The translations under genes were made by a program, and so were the position numbers. 64,000 bases of DNA from Thalia democratica. Taxonomy: Eukaryota. The stretch lies in assembly GCA_965202585.1 (NCBI GenBank), contig OZ241832.1, positions 38,316,001 to 38,380,000 on the forward strand, in the 5' to 3' direction. This document shows positions 38,101-51,369 of the stretch, piece after piece. The stretch's first letter is position 1. Every line of letters starts with the position of its first letter. A model generated the notes under the pieces. That model was not told where the DNA came from, ran no database searches, and saw only the letters and a list, made by a program, of their open reading frames with translations.

Positions 38101-41100
38101 CTTTTAACTTCATCAGATGAAAAGTGTGATAGGGCAACCAACAAATGAAGAAACATGATACCATGTAAATTACCATTCTCGTAACCCGTTTTCTTTTTCT
38201 TTCTGCCTTTATTTAATAATCGAACTTCAGAGTACTGAATTTAATTTTTTAAATTTAAAGACAAATGAAGTAAAACAAAAATTATAAGTGTTTAATACGT
38301 ACAAAACTTGTTTTAGGATAATCGCTGCTAACTTATCCAATTAAAGGTCAAAGTGAATTTAAATTTTTGAACTAAGCTAATAATTTTGCTCAATTAAGCA
38401 TATTAAGCGTTTTGTTCGACTCAAAGATAAAGCTCAAGATCAAAAACTTAAAGTAAGACAAATGTTTTACGAAAAAAAAACCAAAGCAAATCAAAACCTA
38501 TAGAAACAAGAGCGTAAAGTAAAATCTTATTTTTAAAATCATATCCGTGTTTACATAACAGAAGTTGCAGATACTGTTTAAACTTCAGTCGTTTTTGTTT
38601 ATATTTAAGCCTATCTGCTGTGGGAGTGCTAACAGCTTTATAAGTTTTGTGCGACTGACCCATTGTTATAGTAACAGTAACCGCATTATTGCTATTTCAA
38701 AGTCTGCAAGTTGTTTTTATTTTCGCATAGTTTGTGTTGTTGTTTAGACTTAAGTTGCTTGAAGTTGTAAGCTGTTTTGATGCGTTGCGGCTTACTTTGA
38801 TGTGTACAGGAGACAAATTTTAGATTCAAATTTTTTTTTAATAAATAAAACATAAACACTGTTTAGTCAGCTTCACAAAAAAATTGAATTTAAAAATGCG
38901 CGAAAGTTTTCTACTTTTTACTTGTTATGCAAAGTTTTTTTTTATGAAGTTGATTATTACAAAAGTTAAGTAGGTTAAAGGAGCACAAAATGTAACGGTA
39001 GAAGTAGTTTTACTAAAAAAGACATAGTCCTCAAAATTTTTATCTTTATCTTAAAATCCTTTTTAACCAGAAGTTGAGACTTTTGTAAATTATAAAATCT
39101 TATTTTATCAAATTTGTTCAAATATTACATAAAAATGCTAATAATTCTAATTTCATTTAGAGTAAAGCTTTTTTACTTAATAAGTCGATTAACAAAGTAT
39201 GTTTTTAAAACAAAGTAAACATTTCAATAGTTTGATAAGTTATTTACAAAAAATTGCTTACCGAAGCAGACCTGACTTTCATATCACTTGGCTTGAGTAT
39301 TTTTACTATGATGAGCGTATAGCAAACTGTTATAATAAGAAGAGGTATGACGAAACCGCTGAAAAAGAAGAACAGTATAAATCCTCTAAAAGTGCTGTTC
39401 TCTGGATGTGCACAGGTGTTGTTTTGTGAAATTGGATTTATAAGTTCAGAGTATGGAACTTCCGATGCATCTGTGTTTTTTTTAATCAATTTTTTATACA
39501 GATTTCACTATCTATCATCACATAGAACTAAAAAAATAAATTTTTGTTAGCTTCTTTGTAAATTAAGATAAAACTATTTGGTTAAAAAATATGAAAGTTT
39601 AAAAAAAACAGTTTTATTATATTTAACAGTTCAAATATATTATATACGACTATACTAAAATAAGCTTAAATAAACAATTTTTTATGAAAATGTTGTAGAG
39701 GTTGGCAACTATTACAGTCAGCCGGCTAATTTTACTACAAAAAAGTCTTTTGCGGGTCGGACATGTTACGCGGGCCGCGTCATTTGTATATGCATCCTTT
39801 ATTAAAAATTCTTAAAAAAAAATGTTTTTGAAATATTAGTATATTTATTAATGTGTACTAAAAGTCAAGTTGTGAGCATATTTAAAACAATTGTCCTAAA
39901 AAACTAAGTTTTATTTGATTGAACAAGATGCTTTTGAGCCTAGAGGCACGCCACAGGCCGTACGTTATCCACCTCTGAACTTACGTTAACTATATGCATT
40001 TCTTTATAACTTAAATAGGAAACTTAAACGAAAACCAAAAACCTGTATTTCCAACATTGTATTCGTCACCGTAATCACTATAATAGTTAGCGTAAGGTTG
40101 GTTATCAGGTTCAACTTGTCTTTCTATGTGATCAAAAAAGTGTTCTATACAACTTTGATTCTCTTTTTTATCGTAAGAAAACTTTTCTTTTTCATTAAAT
40201 GAGTCGTCATAGTAAGAGTTAGGGCCAAGGTGCTCCCATTTTAACGGCTTTTTGAAGTTGAGAGAGCACATGCCATCTGTCAGATAAACAAATGTAAATA
40301 TTTTTCAAGTACAATATTGATAAAAAATATTTGTTGTACAGTTTATAGGTAAATAACATTAGAAAGTAAAAACAGTTTCAATTAGTAAACAATTCAAAGT
40401 GTATAAGTTTTGACTGAAATGTAAATAATCAACAACTTTGCAAATGAAAAACCAAATGTACCTGAAAAATGTAAAAACTAGGTTTCATATTGAGAACTTT
40501 TTTAAGCTGTTATAAAATTAATGTTCTTAAACTTAGTTTTTTTTTATTGAAGTAATAGTGAAAAAGTAATAGTAAAAATAGTAATAGTTTAAACTTATTT
40601 AGCAATAAAGAAACATTTTTCCAGATTTTTTTAAAACTAAATATGCTTTCATCAGTAAAACAATTTAACAACCTGAGTCAATATAAATGTTCATTAAAAT
40701 AGGAACTGTCATCACCAGAGATATAATCCAAATAGCTGCGCATACCTACAATATAACACCTAGATAAGAATTCAAACTAAAGGTCAAAACTTAAAGTTCT
40801 AAATAATTTATTATTAAAAAAAATAAAAAGGTATATTTACAATAAAAAACTGACTTACAAAAGAAGTTGTTCTTGCAGTTCTGTATTTAACCGAGCTAAC
40901 TACGTGGACGACAGCAAAGTATCTATCAACAGACATGGCTGTCAAAAAACAAACACTCGAATAATAATTGTGGTCTTTCATCGCTTCTACGATCTGTAGG
41001 TTTTTGTAATCATTGAATAAATAAAAAAATGCGATCAATTCATTTAACTACGGTCTAAATTTGTTGAATTTTTGCAAAAATGTCAACTGGGAGGTAAAAT

Positions 41101-44100
41101 TTTATTGAACAAGATTTTAAAAAGTGTTAAAAAAAGCTAAAAGATTTAAACACTTAGTTATAAAATTTAGAATTATATACAACAGCTTGTGTTAAAGATG
41201 TTAGTAAAAATTTTATAAGAGCATTGAATTGCTAATTCTTTGCTAAATTAGTTGTATACTAGCTATAATTATCAAAAATTTAATTTTTTGTTATTGATTA
41301 AAATATAGAATCTAAACATACTCACTTATCATTAACGTTTGTATTTTATCATGAATATAATTAAGGTCTTAGACAAATATTTTCTTATTATGTTTCAAAT
41401 AACTTTAAACTTTGACAGACTAAAGTTTAAATAAAATATTAATGTAAAACATTTTTTTTACTCTACTATATCTTTAACTTTTACCTTATTTGACTGACTT
41501 AGTCAAACACTTTTTAAGATAAAACAATATATTTCTTTTTGTGAGATGGTAAAATATTTAGTGGTGATTTTCTATAGTTACTATTAAGCTTAGATTTCCC
41601 ACGTCAAAAGCAGCTTTAAGAAGAGAAATTCCTAAGTTATAACTTATTACTTCCTTAATAACGAGATTTTATCAGCAGTCATTCAACTCCCTGGATTAGA
41701 ACTACTTTTGGTCAAAATATTGTTGACTACTTTTTACGAATGACTATAAAAACATTCCTTAACATTGATAGGCAGTAAGTTTTTATTGAAAATAGTTACA
41801 AAAACTACATTAAAACTTTAAGGCATATAGAGATGATTGAATTTGGACGTGTTAAATATTTCCATTCAGGTTATCTAGTTGTAAATACTAAAAAGGTTGT
41901 ACAAGTTTTTAAACCTTTTAATTATCTCAAATTTCATTTAAAAGTTATAGTTTTTTGACAACAATATTAAAAATTGTTAAAGTTTCTTGTAAAGACTTAA
42001 TTGTATACAAATTTATACCAGAAAATTAAATAACAATATTAAAAAATTACGGTTAAGCTTTTTTTAGTTGTTGTTTAGTCAACTATAGAATTTATGCTTA
42101 ATGTAATAAAAAGTAGCCAAATGAAATATACCTAATTCAAAACTAACAATCAAATAAACTATGATTAACAAACTTTTTTTTTTCTTATCAGAAAACTTAG
42201 CTAAATCCCTTTCGTAGATCAATCACTTATAAGCATGAGCTGTCACAGATAGATTTTATCAAATAGTAAAAGCTTTATTCGTAAAGCCGTTATTGCAAAA
42301 AGTGAATACACGTGTAATCAAAGATAAGAATAAAACATTTATCGAGAGTTATAAGGATTTTATAATAAATTATAAATTACTTGTAAAAGTAAAACAAATT
42401 TTATAAAAATTTTTAAATGCCGTCTTTAGTTAAACATTCATTGTGACCCTTTCAAAGCATTTTATTGTACTAACTTCTAAATGAATTAATCAAAGCTGTT
42501 TGCATATACATATCTGTCTTATTAATCATAGTGCTATAGCTAAAATAGAAAGGGGTCAAAAGAGATCATTCTTATTTGAAATACATTGAATAAGTAAGTT
42601 TACATCATAGCTTTTAGGCAAAAAGAAAGATTTTAATTCAAGTTAAAAGTGAGATTGTTTTTACTGTTTATATGTGTACTAATTTTGATTTTTGTAACTA
42701 GACAGTTTAAAAGTAAAACTTTCTTTATAAATAAAGAAATATTTTTGTGATATTTTTTTATAATGCATACGAAAACCACAACAATTGAGTTTATAGAAGA
42801 TTGATTAAACAACCATACGTCCTGAAAAATACATAAGTATACTTAAATTTCAATAAAATACACTTTATTTTTTTTAATCTATACAGGCATTTGAAAAAGC
42901 TTGTACTACTTATTTATCGTCTTCAAAAATAAAGTTTTATATTAAAGTTAGGATTTAATAAAATGTTTTCAAAAGTACATTATCACTTAATAAAATACCC
43001 ACTGGATACTTTACTTTACCTTTATCTACGTTTCGTATCTATTGAATAATACGTTTTCATGGTATGTAAGAAATTTTATACTTCTAATTTTAAGTATTGT
43101 AAGAACAACTTGGTACATTTATTGGAAAGATTAAAGTTTTGCTGATTTAATGCATAAGCTAAACAAATATTTTTTTTATAGTTAATGAAAAAAGTTACTT
43201 AATTAGTTTTAAAATTACCTTCATATATTATAGTTGGTAGTAAACTTTAAAACGTGTCAAAAATGACTTTTTAATAACTATAAAACTTATTGTTTATTTA
43301 TTTTCATGTAGTGATAATTACAGCCTAGACATCTTTTCTTATCTGTATTTACCTAATAAATGTCCATATAAGTTCATAACTTGAATTTTTAATAATGTAT
43401 ATATTATGTAGACTTAAAAAAAAGAGTTTGTAGTTTAAAGTCAAACTATTTTTACTGGTTATTTTACATGTTTGTACTAATAAACTCTGAACAGTAACTT
43501 CCTTTACTAATTAAAATGCAGTAAACAAAATTTATATTAAAGTATCATATCAATTTAGGTTGTTTAGATAAGTTTTGTGAACTTGAAAAACTAATTAAAT
43601 CTAAGTTGAAATCGTGGTAGTTTAATACAAAAAAGTTAACTGTGAACTTTTGCTCATTTACTAGTTGAAAATTAATTAAAGACTTACAAGTGAAACTTTA
43701 AATCATAAAGTATATTTGTCGCTATCTTTTTTTAATTTTAATAATTTAAAGATAAGATTTTAACGCTAAAAGTTTTCAGTAGAAACATTTGTTGGTGAAA
43801 ATATTTTAGTATAATACTTGGTACATAGTGTACTATTTTTTAATTTATATAAAAATATAGATATTTTTTTGAACAATATAAAACTTATTAATGGTGTATT
43901 GTTTATTTTCACTTATAATTTATTGTTACTTGAGTACATAAGTTGTTATTATTACCTTTAACTATAAGTTAGTTTGTATGTTACTATATAAATGATATAA
44001 CCAACTATTTTTGTGAAGATAACGAAAAACTTGTTTAGTTTAATCCTTTATATACTTTTAAAAACTAAAAGGACCTTTTGTTGATATAATTAGTATACTA

Positions 44101-45772
44101 ATACTTTATGGGATATTAAAGTAGTACGATAATTTAAAATTACCATTATATTTTTAAGTAAGTATATAATAAAAGCTTTAAAATAGTTTTTTTTATCTAT
44201 TTTATTTAATATTTAGCTCGTTATGGAGTTCTTTTTTATCACTTGCTAAAATTCTTATTTTCAACCTTAATAATACCTTAATCTCAACTTAATTGAGCTT
44301 TATAGTTTCATAAAAGTAATATACATAGTTTTATATTACATTTAACTAATTTAATTAGTTTTAGTAATTTCGTTAAAGATATTTTTTTCTTATTAAGCTC
44401 ATTTTTTTTAGCTCTCCCTATCTTTGGTATAAAAGATAAATGTTTAAAACTTAATACTTTGAATTTAACGCTTCAGCTTTGTTTAAAAATCAATTTCAAG
44501 TATTTAGTAGTACTAGCTATTGTTTTGTATATTTTCTAAATTGCTGTTTATATACTTTTAGCTTTTCACTAACTTTGCACATAGTTAAACCAAACGGCCA
44601 TCTTTTAAGAAATCTTTGAGCTACCATGAAAGGAAGAGTACAAACAAAAAGTAGATCAGCCAGAGCCAAATTCCAGATATAAAAGTTTGCAACAGTTTTT
44701 GTCGTCTCCTTGCCCCCAAATATCACAAAAAGCACCTGAAGTTGAAAAATGGTTTGTTTGTATTTAAAACGACACAAAAATACAAACTTTGGTAAAGAGG
44801 ACGTTGTAAAAACTTGTCAACGAAGTTCAGTTTACTTAAACTTCAAGTATGTTTTGTAATTAAAATTAAGGATTCTGAGCTTTACTATGTATAACTTTTT
44901 TTTCAATAGATCTCTTAACTTCTTAAACATAGACGTTTGAACTATATATTTTGTTTTAAAATCTTACTAATATGTTTAGTGCTTACGTTAATGTAGTAAA
45001 AATTACACACAAGACATATTACAGTAACAACTTTTTAATTTTAAGTCAATGAATACTAAAAGTTTTATTTTTGACAAGACTTGATGCTTTTCTTGTAAGT
45101 TCTGTGTTTTTTAAATATGTACAAAATCATACACTAAATTATTTACGCTATTTTAAGTTATAAATAGCTTTTAATATTTATTTATAGAATAGGTTTATCT
45201 GAAGTATTTGTTATGTAAATGTAATTATATTAATGTAATAAATCTTATATACATGTATATGCAAGTATTTCACACTAAAATAGCTCATAAAGTTAACATA
45301 CTCTTCAAAAACTTTAAAACATAAAAAGAGTTAGTTTTGTTTCAGGAAATAAAATAAAGTTAAATTTTATATTTTGTTCGCAGTAAACTTCAGTTTTAAG
45401 CAACTATGTATATATATATATATCTGTCAAATTGATAGTCTTTTTTTTAAATTTAAATAGATTTTTAATGCAGCACAAAACTAAAGTGAAAAAATACAAT
45501 TTCAAAATTTTACCAACCAGACCATTACAAACTATTCCAACGAGTGCTAATACGACATAGGCGCTTGCTGTAAAAATTTCTTCAGTGTTAAGCTCACTAA
45601 GATCAACTAGATTTTGTTGATGTTCCTTGTAATATTTTTCAAAATGTGTGCAGTTAATATCAAAAGTGAAGTTTTTACCACTACCGTCATCAATATCGTA
45701 ATTTTGGTAGCTGTCGTAATTGTAATATTCCCCGTAATCTTCAAGAGGATTTAAACCAGTTTCAGTATCCAT
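35147..45772 (-). CDS. Class A gamma-group GPCR, paralogue B; 9 exons, 481 aa, convergent with paralogue A
   Basis: Exons 45772-45518, 44735-44574, 40993-40859, 40745-40673, 40276-40043, 39470-39262, 38206-38031, 35540-35412, 35219-35147. Intron phases match paralogue A, and exons 2, 3, 4 and 7 have identical lengths (162, 135, 73, 176). Motifs SVDRY, CWLPYH, NSCLNPILYTFMGQNFK. Confidence 0.92.
36015..37612 (+). mobile_element. 5'-truncated Penelope-like element (GIY-YIG remnant, 3' UTR and hammerhead-like motif) with an inverted 3'-end copy at its 5' side; interrupted by a MITE
   Basis: 36132-36466 translates, with one frameshift near 36268, to NVVYIFKCHCGNDYVGQTSQRFHVRREQH..SSIHQHLLNNPVCAENYLDNRFEILSRARNTYDLSVLEPLFIRTREPKICKQ..LYK*. 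36015-36122 is the reverse complement of 36723-36783 joined to 37566-37612. Confidence 0.85.
36784..37563. mobile_element. 780-bp TA-flanked MITE (Tc1/mariner/pogo-type ends)
   Basis: TA|CAGTAACCTCTCGCATCTTTACGCAC ... GTGCGTAAATAAGCGAGAGGTTATTG|TA; internal repeats of CTCTCGTATCTTTACG. Confidence 0.8.
39695..39790. mobile_element. hAT (Charlie/Tip100-like) MITE fragment
   Basis: AGAGGTTGGCAAC..GCGGGTCGGA..GCGGGCCGCG resembles CAGGGGTCGGCAA..GCGGGCCGC-type hAT ends. Confidence 0.4.
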
Positions 45773-46283
45773 GTTAAAGTTAAAGTGTCTACGTTTAAAA
45801 ATAAAAAATACTAAAAATTTGTATCTCAATAACAGAGAAGTATTGACACGTATAATATACTACACTAAAACCTTTTAGGTTAGATTACTTCTTCAGGTAA
45901 AAACTAGTTTTTTTCTCTCTAGCTACCTACTGTGCACAGTTTTCAGAGAGTTTAAGAACCCTTTTATAATAAAAAGCTGTTTTTTTAAACTATACTTATC
46001 TTAAAAATTTCTTATCTAATAAACATTTCGTTTTGTTTATACGTAAAGTTTTCTTCCATAATATTTTAAGGTGACAAATTTACTACTCATAATGTTATAA
46101 ACGTATTGTTATCTTTTGTCTGATGGTAAAATTTAATAAACATTAAAGTGTTATTTTTCTATAGTTTTTGGTCTATTGAATTTTTAAACTAATATGAAAA
46201 AACGCTTATTTATTTTGATGAGTGACCGACTAAAAGCATCACATATTTAAACTATTTTTTTATATAGTTAGCTAGACCATATT

Positions 46284-46372
46284 ATTTATTGAACGAAAAA
46301 ATAAAAGCGCTTAAATTTGTTTTAGAACACGGTGCACAAAAAAACCTTTCGGTTATAGAGTTGCACACCACT
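46284..46372 (+). repeat. R95 copy 4
   Basis: TTTATTGAACGAAAAAATAAAAGCGCTTAAA..GGTGCACAAAAAAACCTTTCGGTTATAGAGTTGCACACC. Confidence 0.8.
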
Positions 46373-49318
46373 TCGATACCTTTTAACGTCTTGTTTAGGA
46401 TTAGTGTTTGTAAAACTTCGCACGTGTTTATAAATTTTTAATTGACAAAAATAGACAACACACAAATGTTTATAATAAGACATATAATTTACTTTAAGCT
46501 AATGAAACAGTTTTGCTGTTAATTAAGTAACGTATTGAATTTAAAAGAGCAAGTCATATTAAAACTTAAGTAGTATTATGGTCGTGTTTCTAATCTATTA
46601 TGCACTGTCAGTTAAACAAAGGGTTTAGTGTATATAAGTTACAAAAGTTTTAAGGAATATAAGTATAGTTATAGTACTATTAAATGTTTTAATTTTTGAA
46701 TACAATTTATTTTTTGTTATACGTAAAGTTTCAAAAAAAACTGCTGCATTGGATTACTAGAAGCTGTGTAGTTTTTCTATATAAACTATTATGGTCAAAA
46801 AATGTTACACTTAAATACATACTCTACCCAATAGCAATTAAGGTACCATTACTTTGTTGGTTTTATTAAAAACAAATGTAGTTTTAGTATTTTTTAAGCT
46901 TCAAAAAATGTTAATCATTAAAGGCATAATTTTGCCCACTGTAAAAAACTAAATACCAAAGTTGTTTGTAATAATATTTAAAAGTATTAAGTACTCAAAA
47001 ATGCATAACTCAAAAGTGATAAATTTCAAATAAGGAAAAGAAACATTAAACTACTTTTAAATCTTTTACTTATCAAGACTTTAGTACACAGAAAAAAATT
47101 ACTATGACTACAAATGAAGTTTTACTATCGATGTTTTTTTTATACTTAAAAATAATGATATACACAAAACTTTTATTTTGTTGAAGAAACTACTGGAAAT
47201 GGAATTACTATTGTTTTGTTTTTTGAAGTTAGTAGTCAGTAAAAAACAAAAGTATGGTAACATTTGTACCTTTGTTTTATTGAATCTAAGTTAATAATCT
47301 ATTTACTAAAAAACAAATAAACTGACTTTTAAGATAAAAAAATATTATTAAGAACAATATTTTACAGTTTTACCTAACTTGTTAGGAAATAAAAAAGAAA
47401 TTTATGTATTCTAAACTTGCAACAGTTTCATTACTTTCTTAAACTATTGATTTAGTTAAGTTTTTCATTTTTAGTTTGTACAAAACAATGCATAATCTTA
47501 AACCCAACTTTACTGCGAATATTATATAACGAATATAAATGAAACTCCAAAAAACTACAAAGCATAAAATACAAATGTGAGTAATTAACAAAAACAGACA
47601 TAAACTGGAAATAAAATAAATAAATAATTTAGTGAATGTGGAGAATCAAAAACGATGAATTTATCGCACTTCAGGAAGCTATTTACGAATATTGCTCAAA
47701 CACTAGTAAAAAGTTAGTGGTTGATGCATAAGCCTTAGAGAAAAGCTATTTATTTATAGACAATTAATTTCAAATTCTAAGAATGTCAGCAATTAATTTT
47801 TTTTTGGTTAAATATGTTTTTGAACCTTATTTATATTTCCAATAATAAAAATTGTATTATAAACAAGTAAATAAACTATCACTTATGATGTTTCAAATAT
47901 GTTAGAAAGTTGTTCTTAAATTAAAATTAAACTACTTATGATTTTTGTTGCACTACTAGATCTTATAGTTATCTTAAAAAAAATATGTAGTAAAATACAT
48001 TTATAATTTAAATCTCATAAACTTCTAAATAAAGGGAACCAGTTAGTACTATAAATTTGTACGAAAAATTCAAAACATAATAGTAAAAATATTTAAAACT
48101 ATTGCATACCTATTAAGTCAAACAATCAAAGTTTATCAAAAATAAAAATCATGTACAGCTTTTAAAATTATTAAGGTTGTTATTAAATTAATGCTTATGT
48201 ACAGCTTTATTTTTTTTTTACTTGTAGAAGTATTTTTTAATATATTTTTTTAAATACTTTTTTTTCCAAAAGTATAAAAATTAACGTTATAAAATTATAA
48301 GAATTTAGAAAATCATGTTAAGTTTTAAAAACTTCATCTCCAACATTAAAAGAATGTTTTATTGAGTATTATTTTAGATTAAAAATTTTCTTTAAAACTT
48401 ATGTGTTTATACTAGTCTTATTGAAAAGATTTTGAATTTGCATTAACATCGAAAAAACAATAAAATTGTAAAAGGGCTAAACTTATTCATATAAAGACAA
48501 AAAATACTCTATTATTGGGCTATATTTCCTAGTTTAATTTTTTATAAAGCTAGTTTAAAAGAAAAACTGCTTTAAATTAATTTATTACTTATTTAATATT
48601 TCGTTTCTGTGTTTACAATCATAGTTTTATCGAAAAAGTAAAAGTTAATTTTTGAAGTATTTTTCTATCAAAAAGTATGCTTGTAGCCTTTCTTTAACTT
48701 TTTTAATGTTTAAAAAAGAAGCGACACAGATTATCACGTTTTTATAAGTAAGTATTGGCTTATCAGACGGCAAAAATTTATAGAAGAATAATAAATAAGC
48801 GTATAACTAAAAAAAAAAATAATAATTTTGTTTACTGAGGTTAAGCAAATTATTAAAAAATTTAATTAATTCTAGTTAAACGTAATTTTCCACATTAATT
48901 CTATATATTTATCTTTTGTTATCGAGAATACTTAAGCAATTAAAACAAATAAGATCTTGTATTTCTTTTAATTTTATTTCAAGATTGACGCTTAAAAAGA
49001 GGTTTTTATTAAACAGTATTGACTAACATAAAACAAAAACAATTCTTCTAGATAAACTAATAAATCGAACTTATGAAATTCCGTTGCGTATAATAAAAAT
49101 CTAATTACAAAAAGCGTAACGTCATGAAATTAAAAAAGTTAATAATATGTAAAAATAGTTATTCGTATTTTCCTTTGAGTTTGCCTCGTTTTAATCTGTT
49201 GTTACAAAAATTATTCTTATAACTTGTAATTTAAACCTTTGATTATTCATTTAAACTTTAAAAAAATAATAAACAATAAACTTCACCGCACAATCAACAA
49301 CAACAGCATCCGAGACGA

Positions 49319-49361
49319 TCCTACGACCGGTTTCGTTCTAATTAGGACTCATCAGGCAAGA
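49319..49361 (-). ncRNA. Minimal type-I hammerhead ribozyme, apparently near-intact
   Basis: Minus strand TCTTGC-CTGATGA-GTCCTAATTAGAAC-GAAA-CCGG-TC-GTAGGA: 6-bp stem I (two G-U pairs), full core, stem II with one C-A mismatch, palindromic stem III ACCGGT, GUC triplet. Confidence 0.8.
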
Positions 49362-51369
49362 ATAGTCGCGAGAAACCGCTGTTGTGATCTAACCAAGCGG
49401 GCTTAAATACGAAGACTTTAAACAAAGTAACTTTTTCCCATTTGGTCTCGTATGACGTAACTTGAAAAGTTTTAAGCTAATTATTAAATACCAACACTCT
49501 AAATCAGGGGTTAGCGGCCATTAACAGTTGACGGTTCTCTTTAGTTAAGTTTATGGGCCGCAGGAAGTTTTTAAAACTTCAAAAAAGTTTTATAATGCAA
49601 AATTTTAATGAAATATAATAAAACTAGTTAAATTACTTACTGACAATTGATTTAAGAGTGTATTGGTAATTTTCTGTAACAAAAAATTAAATTTTGTTTG
49701 TTTTGCACAAGTTAGTTTACAACTAACAGACAAATCCTAGGCAAGAGATTTTCGCTAGATGGGCCGGATTCTGCCTCTTGCTGGTTAGTAAAAATTAAAA
49801 CATTACAGTCAAAAAATTGTAGAAAAAAAAGCACAAATAATACAAAGCTTTAAAAATATTTAGACAAGTGTTTAGAATTTAATTAAATTTAATAAATTGA
49901 GTAAGGTGAGTTAGGGTTAAGGGTATATATAAAGAGAAACAAATAAAACTGCTGACTCATCAAATATTAGGGAAACACCTTTAATTTAAAATCGGAACCA
50001 TAACTGGTCGCAATGATTAAGTAAAATTCCATAGTAAGATAAATATTAAGATATTCAAATACTATAATTTTCTTGTATATCATTTAAACGAACGTTTTTT
50101 GAAAATTAAAAACAAGCTATTCTTTAATCAGTTTACAAACAAATTAATTAACCTAACTTAGCAAGTTTAAGTAGTTTCGTGATAAAAAAGAACGTCAAAT
50201 ACCTTTATTTAACGGAAAAATCAAAATATAACAGCTTTTAAGTTTTTATTACACGTGCTATAAAAACTTAAAAGTAAACTGTTAAGCATATTCTAAACAA
50301 ATGTTTCTCAAAATATTTAAAAACTCTGCACTGCACAGTAAATAACTGTAGAAAAAATAGTGTGCTCACTAAACTATTTAATTTAGATACTTTTTCTACT
50401 AAAACAAAGCTGTTGAAACCTTGATCTTTTTGTTTGCCGTATAATGCTAAAGCTTAAAAAGTTAAGCTTTTAAAAACAATTAAAGAAAGACTGCATAACT
50501 ACTTGAAAACAATATTACTTTATATTAAAATTTCCAAGTATGGAATAAGTTTTATACACACTATTGTGTACATATTATGATATATACTGTTTTGTACTGT
50601 GCGAATTTTCAAAAACACTTCTTTTATCTTATATACTTATGAGTCTTGAGAATAAAACGATCAGTTTATTCTCCGTAGTACATTAGAAGTTTAAAGGTTA
50701 AGAGTTATTTTTGTTTTACAGTTAAGAATATTGGACAGATGAAAAAAAATTTAGTTTCAAATAAACCACTCATCATCCAGCAAAAAAAAAAAACTAAAGC
50801 CACAAAGGTTTTCAGCCAAATTGAAAACACAATGCAATTTATTTTAAATAAAATAAAATTAACGAGAAAAATAAATACAAAACTAAGTATTATCCTCTAT
50901 CTGATTATTTGGATCCGACCCGAAAAATACAGACCTTCTACTTGCGACTTATTGTTTAGTTAAAACAACTTATAAAAAGTATTTTGTTCTTTTATTATTA
51001 TTAAAAACTTGTAAGTATGCTTCTACTAGTTTAACTATTACTAGAATTTCGTTTGAAAGATTGTTATTTCCTTTTTTTTTAATACATGAACACTACGGCC
51101 CGCTAATCGTTTGTCTATTAAAACTGGCCAATTACTTACAGAAGGCTACCGAAAAAGCGTGTTTACTAAAAAAATTTAAAGTAGAAAATTTAAATTTGTT
51201 TTAAGAAAAATAATTTTGCATCAAAATCGAATGAAAATAAAAAAAGTAGTCAGTGATGTAATAATCACTTTTCAAATCACTAAGGCGCTAATTACCAAGA
51301 GCTTTGCATTTAAACTAAATTTACCAAAATCTACAAATTGCCCAGTCGATTTAAAGTTTTTACCAAAAA

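Noticed and set aside
47634-47732. 33-codon sORF MWRIKNDEFIALQEAIYEYC.. with faint resemblance to collectrin exon 3
   Set aside because: The similarity is too weak and there are no supporting neighbouring exons.
49740-49790. 8-bp stem GGCAAGAG/CTCTTGCT as a possible tRNA, SECIS or other ncRNA
   Set aside because: No cloverleaf, no A/B boxes and no SECIS quartet.
50739-50963. Assorted 60-90 aa AT-rich ORFs (e.g. 1643-1912, 9747-9935, 21278-21466, 34900-35112, 50739-50963)
   Set aside because: K/N/I/F/L-biased composition typical of random AT-rich frames, with no motifs or splice support.
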